NCBI RefSeq assembly: GCF_006345805.1 | Contig: NC_043022.1 | Location: forward strand, 1,116,001-1,180,000 | Source: Octopus sinensis | Lineage: Eukaryota | Direction of reading: 5' to 3' | Length of the DNA: 64,000 bases | Part shown: positions 35,802 through 46,094 of the stretch, one piece after another | How positions within the stretch are numbered: position 1 is the stretch's first letter | How the letters are laid out: each line of letters opens with the position of its first letter | Notes under the pieces: generated by a model | What the model was told of the DNA's origin: nothing | Databases searched by the model: none | Seen by the model: only the letters and a program-made list of their open reading frames with translations | Position numbers and translations under genes: made by a program

Positions 35802-36020
35802 CTTTATTTAAGCAGCAGAAAATTCAACAAAATCTGTTACTCTGAGTTTCTCGTTGCCGTTCATCAGACTTTTTGCTAGAATGGAACCGATATATCAATT
35901 CAATATAGAGTCTAGATTGAATTGATATATCGGTTCCATTCTAGCAAAAACTGTCTGATGAACGGCAACGAGAACTCAGAGTAACAGATTTTGTTGAATT
36001 TTCTGCTGCTTAAAATAAAG
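35802..36020. repeat. 219-bp palindrome with hammerhead-like motif in each arm
   Basis: Arms 35802-35904 and 35916-36020 are nearly perfectly complementary, with an 11-nt spacer. Confidence 0.9.
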
Positions 36021-36111
36021 CATATTCTCTACCACTAGTATTTGAGTACTCTTTTTTTCCACCTTGTTTCACATTTATGCGTTTACTCCGGTATATATAT
36101 ATATAATATAT

Positions 36112-36149
<38 letters not shown>

Positions 36150-36153
<4 letters not shown>

Positions 36154-36330
36154 GTGAGAATTGACAAAAAAGAAAACGAAGACGGGTGTGTAAAAAACAC
36201 AGTTGTATTAGTTTAACGCTCGGGAAGTGAGAAAGTCTTTTACGTTTCGAGCCTATGCTCTTCAACAGAAAGGAACACAGAAATAAGCAGGGAGAGAAAA
36301 TAGAAAAAGGTTTAGTGGCTAGTGATCTAG
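36150..36330 (-). mobile_element. pLTR-like repeat with variant minimal hammerhead
   Basis: Minus strand cttt-CTGTTGA-a-gagc-atag-gctc-GAAACGTA-aaag (36237-36272). Confidence 0.6.
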
Positions 36331-36690
36331 ATGGATAGATAGATAGATATAGATACAGATCTGGAATAATTTGATAAGCGGTGCCGAGTTTTACAGGGGA
36401 AAAAATGTATATATATATATATGACTGAAACAAATAAAAGAATATATATATATATATTTAATAGCAGAAGGAATAGAGTGACTCAAGGACCGAGAGTTTC
36501 GTGCGTTGTATAGCTTTACATTTAATAAAGAAAATGTTTACTTCGCCCTCGTTCACACACACACACACACACACACAGAGGCACAAATATGTGATGTATT
36601 GTGAAATGGCGGCGGTGGTGAGGGAAGTGAAGCGAAAAGACGCTCTGCGTCGCTAAATGTTTGGTGTCTGCGTGTTTGTATGTTTGTGTG

Positions 36691-36732
<42 letters not shown>

Positions 36733-37019
36733 TGTGTGTGTGTGTGGGTGTGTGTGTGTGTGTGTGTATGTATATGTTTGTGTTTGTGGGTGTGTTTGTT
36801 CCCACTCTTGCGACATACATACATTAACCGGTTTGCCCGCCTGACCGACTCACCGACTCACCGACTCACTGACTCATTGCTGTATTGTTTGATTAATGAG
36901 GGAAATCGGAGTCAGTGCAAGGTCAGCGTCTCAGTCGATGGACGTCTGCTTGTCACACGGAGGCAACTTATAACACATGGCCTGCTTATATTAAGACATA
37001 CCGTTTATTTGTTGCTGTT

Positions 37020-38290
37020 GTTGTTGTTCATGTTGGTGGTGGTGGAGTTTGACCTAGATCAGCTCTCAAAGCAATCAGAAGCCTTCCAACCGTAGCCACC
37101 CACTCCGTTTCTTTACGTTTAGCAGCTGTGACAACAGACGACCTTTTTATACGAAGAATATACCTGATATTATGGATGTTATTGACATTGTTGTTGGTGG
37201 TAGTCGTTGGGGTGGTTAACTAGGTCCGCTCTCAATGAATAGACATATGATCCAAAGCATTCCGGCCGTGACTCTCCCTTTTGCTTCTTTACGTTTAGCA
37301 ATTGTGACAACAGACGACCTTTCTATACGAAGATATACCTGTTATTGCGAATGTTACTGTCTTAGTTGGTGGTGGTGGTCGTGGGGGTTGTTAAGCAATA
37401 AGATGGGTAAAGGTGATTAGGTGATGGTCTAGGGCAGTGGTTTTCAACAAAGGTTCCGTGGAACCTTAGGGTTCCGCCAGTACAGTCCAGGGGTTCCGCA
37501 AGAAGTTACAAAAATGCTAAAATCGACAGTAATTTTTAATTCTCATGTGCAGATATGTGCGAATAAGACAATTAAATTATTGCATAGGGGTTCCTCGAAC
37601 CAGTGGAATGTTTCCTTGGGGTTCCGCTCCAGCAAAAAGGTTGAAAAGCACTGGTCTAGGGAAACCTCAGACCTTGAGGGGGAAAAAAAACTTTGGTCGT
37701 CTTGTTGTAGTCGAGGGCTCTTCGTTGACGCCCGACACCACTGGGAGGTGGCCCTCGAAGTCGCTGGAAATGGAGATCTCCAGGTCTAAATTCTTGAACG
37801 GCTGGTCGTGGGGGTGGTTAACTAGGTTAGTTCTCAACGCAATGAAAAGCATTCCAGCCATGGCTATCACCTCTGTAACAACAGATAACCTGTTTATATA
37901 TATATATTATTATTATCAGTGTTACTGTTACTAATGTTGTTGGTGCTCGTGGTGGTTAACTAGGTCAGCCCTCAATGAGTATACATATCATCAAAAGCAT
38001 TCCAGCTGTGGCCATCACCTCTGTCTCTTTACGTTTAACAACTGTAACAACAGGTGGCCTTACTTATATTTATTGTTGTCGATGTTACTCTTGTTGTAGT
38101 AGTTAACCTAGATCTGCCTTCATTGAGCAGACATGATGAAAGGCATTCCAGCTGTGACCATCGCCTCTGATTCTTTTCATTTAAGAGTTGTAACAACAGG
38201 TGACTCTCTTTATATGTATATCTGTTATTACTGGTGTTACTTCGTTGCTGTTGTTTGTTATTGTTGTTGTTTTGCCTAGGTCAACCTTTA
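37020..38290 (-). repeat. Degenerate tandem array (about 160-180-bp unit) derived from SINE-D 3' end
   Basis: Recurring gttaactaggtc ... aaagcattccagc.gtg.ccatc ... gtaacaacag units (about 6), with another at 38960-39060. Confidence 0.75.
37435..37653. mobile_element. hAT MITE
   Basis: TIRs cagtggttttcaac / gttgaaaagcactg. Perfect 8-bp TSD gtctaggg at 37427-37434 and 37654-37661. Confidence 0.9.
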
Positions 38291-38304
38291 ATGAGAAGAT
38301 ATAC

Positions 38305-38459
38305 GAGTGGCTGTGTGGTAAGTAGCTTGCTTACGAACCACATGGTTCCGGGTTCAGTCCCACTGCGTGGAATCTTGGGCAAGTGTCTTCTACTATAGCC
38401 TTGGATCGACCAAGGCATTGTGAGTGGATTTGGTAGACAAAACTGAAAGAAGCCCGTCG

Positions 38460-38536
<77 letters not shown>

Positions 38537-38713
38537 GTTTGGAGATGATGTACAGGTATTTTATATTAGAAGAAATGAGGTACTCAGAAATTCGGATGGT
38601 TTTTATTTACAGATATTTATTTGTATATTACATGTTTTTATACCTCATGTAACTTAGATCATATATCATATATTAGCGCTTTCTCTCATTCTAGTGGGCT
38701 TTTCAAATCGAAC

Positions 38714-38763
<50 letters not shown>

Positions 38764-38960
38764 TGTGTGTGTGTGTATGTTTGTGTGTCTGTGTTTGTCC
38801 CCACCCCAGTATCGCTTGACGCCCGATAGTGGTGTGTTTGCGTCCCCGTAACTTGGCGGTTCGGCAAAGGACACCGATAGAATAAGTACTAGGCTTCCAA
38901 AGAATAAGTCCTGGGGTCGATTTGCTCGAGTAAAGGCGGTGCACCAGCATGGCCGCAGAG
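38305..38960 (+). mobile_element. SINE-A with expanded central region
   Basis: Head 38305-38460 and tail 38770-38960, separated by (TA)n, unique sequence and (GT)n. Confidence 0.8.
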
Positions 38961-39289
38961 AGATCAAAAGCATTCTAGGTGTCACCATCACGTCTGATTC
39001 TTCATGTTTAGCAGCTGTAACAACGGACGATGTCCTTATATGAAAATATAAGTAGTCCTCAATAGCTTTCCGACCGTGACCATCCTCTCTGATTGTGATT
39101 AGCAAAAGCTGTTTTTAAATATGCAGATATATCTCTCATTGGATCTAGTTCGTTTGGTTGCCAGCATCACTTCCGTTCGAATTGATTTCATATTCAGTGT
39201 AATGGTAGGCCTTTGTAGGTTAATGAATTACGTGAAAGTCATCTTCGTCATAAATCGATAAATGAAGAGTGATTGGCAATTAAAGTTTG

Positions 39290-40110
39290 AAAATTTTAGC
39301 CAATCGTAAGCAACAGACACATTCATGCCTGTTTCCATAGTAACACGCAGAACACGAGAACTCTTTTGTGTGCGAAAAAACACGTGTTAACAAATATTTT
39401 CCACTCATTGAGGTGGTTGTTCAGATGTGCTAAAAATAGCAGCCAAATAGGCCTTAAATCATGCACCAAGACATTTTTTGTTTTACTTTTGGACAAGCGC
39501 ATGAATTCCCAGGTACTACTTAAGAAGAGTGGTCCCGGTGCGTGCACTCGCGTAGTCGCATATCTGCGCTAGCTAGTCGTGACTAGTCGATCCTACAACG
39601 ACTACCTAGCAAAGTAAATAAAACACAAAATATATATTTTTTTACACTAAGTAAATAATTTTTTAAACAATGTAAATAAGACACAAAAACACAAAGTAGG
39701 GATCGACTAGTCACGACTAGCTAGCGCGGATGCGCGACTACGCGAGTGCGCGCACCGGGACCACTCTTCTTAAGTAGTACCGAATTCCTATGAGTAGAAT
39801 ACATATTCGGAAAATGTTTCTGAAAATACTAAAATATAAAAAAAAGTTATGGCGTGCATAGAGCAGAAATTGATGTTTACAACTGACAAGACGTGCTGTC
39901 ACGCGCAAAATGACAGCTTCCATATCCTGTTTCCTGACTGGGAAAAAATGATCAAACTTGAAGCCTCTCTCTTTTTTCTCTTTCTCTTTTCTCTATAAAA
40001 TTTTAAAAACATTTTCCTGGAAAAACTGAAATAACTCCAGCAATTCAGCTTGGAAAAGTATATTAATGTACCAAATTTTAAAATTTTCGATGAACTTTAT
40101 TTTTTGAAAT
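39290..40110 (-). mobile_element. Element X, second copy
   Basis: Homologous to 26340-27485. Carries the MITE at 39512-39781. Confidence 0.65.
39512..39781. mobile_element. MITE with about 80-bp TIRs and 9-bp TSD (MULE/Merlin-like)
   Basis: TIR ggtactacttaagaagagtggtcccggtgcg ... gatcc. TSD gaattccca / gaattccta. Empty site visible in the paralogue near 27215-27235. Confidence 0.9.
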
Positions 40111-40174
40111 GCTGGCAACCAAACAAGCTAGATCCCTCTTATTTTTTGTGTTACTGTTGTTGTTGTTTAGTCTA

Positions 40175-40560
40175 TTCTTTTATCTTTTAAATTGTTTCAG
40201 TCATTTGGCTGCGGCCATACTAGAGCACCGCCTTGAAGGGCTTTTAGTCGAACAAGTGAAACCCAGGACTTTTCTAAAACCCGGCACTTATTCTATCGGT
40301 CTCTTTTGTCGAACTGCTAAGTTTTGGGGACGTAAACACCACAACACAGGTTGTCAAGCGGCGATTGGAAACAAACACAAGCACACACACACACACACAC
40401 ACATATCCAACGGACTTCTTTCTGTTACCGCTTATCAAATCCGCTCACAAGACTTTGGTCGGGCCGAGGCTACAGTAGAAGACACTTGGCCAAAGTGCCA
40501 CACAGTGGGACTGAACCCGGAACCATGTGGTTGGGAAGGAAACTTCTTATCACACACCTA
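40175..40560 (-). mobile_element. SINE-A (diverged); second older copy at 40720-41085
   Basis: Inverted SINE-A motifs. Confidence 0.8.
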
Positions 40561-41112
40561 CGCATGTATTTAGGTAATTCTTTAACAAGAATAGCATTGA
40601 TAGTGACTTCGAAGTTTCCGCCTGCTAAGCCATCATTGGGCTTCGACTTTACTGTCATTACTATTCTTGTACTCTACCAAATGGATTGTAAAATTGTTTT
40701 TTCATTGCAACACGAACATAAAGGCTTGTTTCAGTCGTCAGACTTCGGCCATACTGGAGCACCGTGTCTCAGATTCAGCCGAACTCATTTTAACCAGTAC
40801 TGATTTTCTAAGTCTATTACTTATTCTATCGTTCTGTTTTGCCAAACCGCTAAGTTACGAGGGTGAAAAACAAACCTGCAGTGGTTGTCAAGAGATGGGG
40901 AGACAAACACAAACACACATACATACACGATGGGCTTCCACACAGCCTCCGTCAGTTAAATTCCATGTACAAGACACTGGTCACCCCAGAACTATTATAG
41001 AAAACACTTACCCATGGTGCCGTGCATCGGGTTTGAACCCAAAATCACGTGGTTGCAAAAGAGCTTCTTAACCACTCACCATGCTCCCCCTATTCATATA
41101 TCCCTAATATGT

Positions 41113-41450
41113 AATGGCTAAGTGGTTAGCGCGTCAGGTTTACAATCATGAGGTAGTGAGTTCCATTCTTGGATTGGGCTGTGTGTTGTATTCTTGAGCA
41201 AGACACTTTATTTCACGTTGCTCCAGTTCACTCAGCTGTAGAAATGAGTTGTGAAGTCACTGGTGCCGAGCTGTATCAGCCCCTTTGCCTTTTCCTTGGA
41301 TTACATCGGTGGTGTGGAGAGGGGAGGCTGGTATGCATAGGTGACTGCTGGTCTTCCATAAACAACCTTGCCCGGACTTGTGCCTGGGAGGGTAACTTTC
41401 TAGGGGCAATCCCATGGTCATTCATGACTAAAGGGAGTCTTTATATATAA
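41113..41450 (+). mobile_element. tRNA-derived SINE-C
   Basis: Head tggctaagtggttagcgcg, central ttgagcaagacactttatttcacgttgctccagttcactcagctgtagaaatgagt. Confidence 0.7.
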
Positions 41451-41945
41451 AGATCCCTTTCGGGGGTCTTTATCCTTTTCATAATATTAGGGTCAATAGA
41501 ATAAATTACCAGTTGAGCTCTGGGGTCGATCTAATAGGCTTACGCACTTCCCCGAAATTGCTGGAATTGTACCAAAATTTGAAACTAATATATGATATTA
41601 GTATATTGGCAGAACTCTTAGCACGGTGGGCAAAATGCTTAGCGGCATTTCGTCCGTTTTCGCGTTCTGAGTTCAAATTCTTCCGAGATCCACTTTGCCT
41701 TTCATCCTTTTGGGGTCGATAAAATATGTCCCCGGACCATGACCCTGTTCACCGCTATCAGGGCGCAGGCTGCTGTCCGCAAGTGCGAACCCCATCCGGC
41801 AGAGTGACTGTTCCAGTGCATCTCCCACGTTATCCTTCGATGCAACGCCTTTTGCATGAAGCGCTGTGATATTCAATGACATACGGCTATTGTTGTATTT
41901 GTTGAGTGTAACTAGTTGTACTAGACACACACACACACACACACA

Positions 41946-41978
<33 letters not shown>

Positions 41979-42168
41979 CACACACACACGCACACACGTA
42001 TATCCATCCATTATAGCTAGCTATAAATATTAAAAAAAAATTAATATGGTATATTGAAATTATACCATTTTAAGTTCTGATCTTTGCTATATTGTGGTAT
42101 AGTAGAACCAGTGAAAATTGGATTGTTTTCAACCCTTTGAAGGAAATTCTTTCCTTTGGATTGAATAA

Positions 42169-42257
<89 letters not shown>

Positions 42258-42269
42258 GTATATATATAT

Positions 42270-42302
42270 GCGTGGCTATGTGGTAAAAAGCTTGCTTCTT
42301 AA

Positions 42303-42348
<46 letters not shown>

Positions 42349-43125
42349 ATGCTTATGTGGTCAGAAGTTTGCTTCCCATCCACAATGGTTCCGGGTTCAG
42401 TCCCACTGTGTGGCACCTTGGGCAAGTGTCTTCTACTACAGCTTCGGCCGATCAAAGCCTGTGAGTGGATTTGGTAGACGGAAACTGAAAGAAGCCCATC
42501 GTATATATATATATATTTGTTTCTTAGTGTCCCCTTCATCACTTGACAACCGATGTCGGTGTGTTTACCTCCCTGTAACTTAGTGGTTCGGTCTAAGGGA
42601 CCGAAAGAACTAGTACTAAACTTATGAAGAGTAAGTCCAGGGGTAGACTTCTTCGACTAAAAGGCGGTGCTCCAGCATGGCCATAGTAAAAAATGACTGA
42701 AACAAGTAAAAGGATACAGGAATGAAAAAAGGCTGTGTGGTAAGTAGCTTGCTAACCAACCACATGGTTCCGGGTTCAGTCCCACTGCGTGGCATCTTGG
42801 GCAAGTGTATTCTACTATAGCCTTGGGCCAACCAAAGCCTTGTGAGTGGATTTGGTAGACGGAAACTGAAAGAAGCCTGTCATATATATGTATGTATATA
42901 TATATGTGTGTGTGTATGTTTGTGTGTCTGTGTTTGTCCCCCTAGCATTGCTTGACAACCGATGCTGGTGTGTTTACGTCCCCGTAACTTAGCGGTTCGG
43001 CAAAAGAGAACCGATAGAATAAGTACTGGGCTTACAAAAAGAATAAGTCCCGGGGTCGATTTGCTCGACTAAAGGCGGTGCTCCAGCATGGCCGCAGTCA
43101 AATGACTGAAACAAGTAAAAGAGAT
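42270..43125 (+). mobile_element. Two tandem SINE-A copies
   Basis: Units about 42270-42720 and 42730-43125. Confidence 0.85.
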
Positions 43126-43147
43126 TTATAAGAACACAGTCAGATGC

Positions 43148-43260
43148 ATACACACACACACACACGTCGGCAAAGCGATACACACACACACACACGTCGG
43201 CAAAGCGATACACACACACACACACACACGTCGGCAAAGCGATACACACACACACACACC
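43148..43260. repeat. Minisatellite (CA)n-cgtcggcaaagcgata x3
   Basis: Three copies of cgtcggcaaagcgata separated by (CA)7-9. Confidence 0.9.
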
Positions 43261-43331
43261 GGTCGTTGATCGTTTGTAACATCACATGTCATTCTTCCGT
43301 TATCTTATTTTCTAAAAGCGATAGCTATTTT

Positions 43332-43430
<99 letters not shown>

Positions 43431-44340
43431 GTCCGATATACTTCAGAAAGTCACATGATGAAATTATGAGTCAACGAGGGAGTCGCTACGTGGTCGTTCG
43501 GCCTGCTGGATATAGCAGCCGAATCCCTCAAATCATACGACAGCGTCTTAACAAAGAGAGAGGGCCATATTGAATGATAGCTTTTAGTTCTCCAGTTTAG
43601 TTAAGCGACCACGCCCCGGGAGGGGAGGACATGCCGTGGCACAGCGTTCGATATCCTCGCAACAACTTCGACCACAGGCCTGCTCAATCCAAAGTCAGCC
43701 TGGGGTTAAATAACGATAACGTGATACGTTATCTTGTTTTTCATACGTAGAAACACACACACGCAGGCGCACACACACATCTATCCACAGGTGTATACAC
43801 ACACACACACACATACACATACACATACACATACACACTGTCCTCTCCTTTAAAACATTACGTGCACCAAATCCTAAGTAATATAAACAAGCATATATAT
43901 ATATAGGATCTTTTCTTTTTGAAGGCCAGATATATATATATATTTCTTTACTGCTCACAAGGGGCTAAACACAGAGGGGACAAACAAGGACAGACGAAGG
44001 GATTGAGTCGATTATATGCCCCTCCCCCAGTGCGAAACTGGTACTTTATTTATCGACCCCGAAAGGATGAAAGGCAAAGTTGACCTCGGCGGATGCATAC
44101 ATGCTTATACGGACACAGACACACACACATGTATATCTATATATAAAATTTAACAAAACACACAAACACATATACTCAGAAACACACGCATATATTGAGT
44201 GTGTATTACACACACACACACACACATATATATATATCCACGCAGATATGCACACTGACGTGTACATACACACACATACACACAGTCATATACACACGCG
44301 TACACTGATACATATATACACACGTTCATGCTCTTAGGTA

Positions 44341-44391
<51 letters not shown>

Positions 44392-44999
44392 TACATTCTC
44401 ACAAACACACATCCACACATTGATGTGCACGTGCACTCATACACATACATACATATATGCACTCTTACACACATACACTTATACACACGCACACATACAG
44501 AAATGCACACGTACACACATACATTCACAAATGTACTCGTACAAAGATACACACTTACAAACACACACACACATGCACTCCTACGCACTTACACACACAC
44601 GTGTTTACTGTACCAACGCCATGCTTCTTTTGATTTTCTCTTCGGTTGAATATGTTTTCTTTTTTTCATTTTTTTTGTTCAAATATTTTGAGAGGAAAAG
44701 GAGGAGGAAAGGGGTTGAAAGAAGCATCGACTGAACTTTTTAACATCCAAGAACAAAGAACTTCGACAGAAGAAAGAAATACGCTAACACACACACACAC
44801 ACACACACACACACGCCCTAACCCACGTGCGTTCTCTTGTTGGCTCTCATCTCATGTTCAGTTCTTTTCTTCTCTACTTTCGTTTCCATCTCTTTCCAGT
44901 GTCTCTTGAACTTTCCTCCAGTGTCCAACGAAAGACGATATCCGAAACGTCATACTCGTAGTTTAGAACTTTCGCCTCCACCACACAGCCACTCCTACG

Positions 45000-45094
<95 letters not shown>

Positions 45095-45257
45095 TATATA
45101 TATTTATGACAAGCTTCTTTCAGTTTCCGTCTACCAAATCCATTCATAAGCCTTTGGTCGGTTTGAGGTTATAGTAGAAGACACTTGCCCAAGGTGCCAC
45201 GCAGTTGGTTTGAACCTGCAACCATGTGGTTGGGAAGCAAGCTTCTTAGCACGCAAC

Positions 45258-45486
45258 AAGGTTGTTTGTTGTGGTTGGTCAAAGAGTAACTTTTGGTTTC
45301 GGACCTATAAAGCACTCAGCTGCATAGGCATCTCATCAGACACAAATGGCTGGGGTCACAAAACCTCTCTCAGGGGCAGCGTAAGCGCCTCCAGCCATTT
45401 GAATCCCACAATTCATCTATACAGGTAAGCGTTTTGCAGGTGCGAAACCCGTTCTCACTCTCTGACCAGCCATAACAAACAGCCTT
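45258..45486 (-). mobile_element. 229-bp inverted-repeat-bounded element with hammerhead motif (retrozyme-like)
   Basis: 24-bp imperfect terminal inverted repeats, internal 11-bp helix caaatggctgg/ccagccatttg, minus-strand CTGATGA ... GAAAC-caaaa-GTT at 45284-45343. Confidence 0.6.
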
Positions 45487-45609
45487 CTAAATATATATAT
45501 TGACTGGGTGGTAAGAAGCTTGCTTACCAACCAGTCTCACTGCATAGCACCTTGGGCAAGTATCTTCTCCTATAGCTTCGGGTCGACCAAAGCCTTGTGA
45601 GTGGATTGT

Positions 45610-45780
45610 GAGTGTCTGCAACAGATGCAGCAGGTTTTGCAGGAAGAATGGCTCGAGATTCCTCTCAATGAAGTCAGAAATCCCTAGATGCATTGAAGCT
45701 GTTCAGGACCAACTCCATATTAAATAAATATATTCATTGTATTTAACTCGTGTTCCAATTATTTTGTCCAACCCCTGTAT
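45610..45780 (+). mobile_element. Tc1-like transposon 3' end
   Basis: QQVLQEEWLEIPLNEVRN ... RCIEAV ... GPTPY*, then TIR gtgttccaattattttgtccaacccctg|TA. Confidence 0.8.
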
Positions 45781-46039
45781 GTTTATATATGTGTATATAT
45801 GTGTGTGTGTATCTGTGTTTGTTTCCCCGCCATCGCTTGACAACTGATGCTGGTGTGTTTATGTCTCCGCGACTTAGCTATTCGGCAAAAAGAGACTAAT
45901 AGAATAAGTAGCAGGCTTACAAAGAATAAGTCCTGGAGTCGATTTCTTCAACTAAAACCCTTTAAGGTGATGCACCAGCATGGCCGCAGTCAAATGACTA
46001 AAACAAATAAAGCAATAAAAGAATATATATACATATGTA

Positions 46040-46094
<55 letters not shown>

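Noticed and set aside
44915-44960. GAAACGTC preceded by ccaacga as another hammerhead
   Set aside because: The core is too degenerate and helices I and II are not supported.
45420-45470. Second, opposite-polarity hammerhead in the 229-bp element (GAAAC-cc-GTT on the plus strand)
   Set aside because: No CTGANGA on the plus strand, so an ambisense viroid-like design is unsupported.
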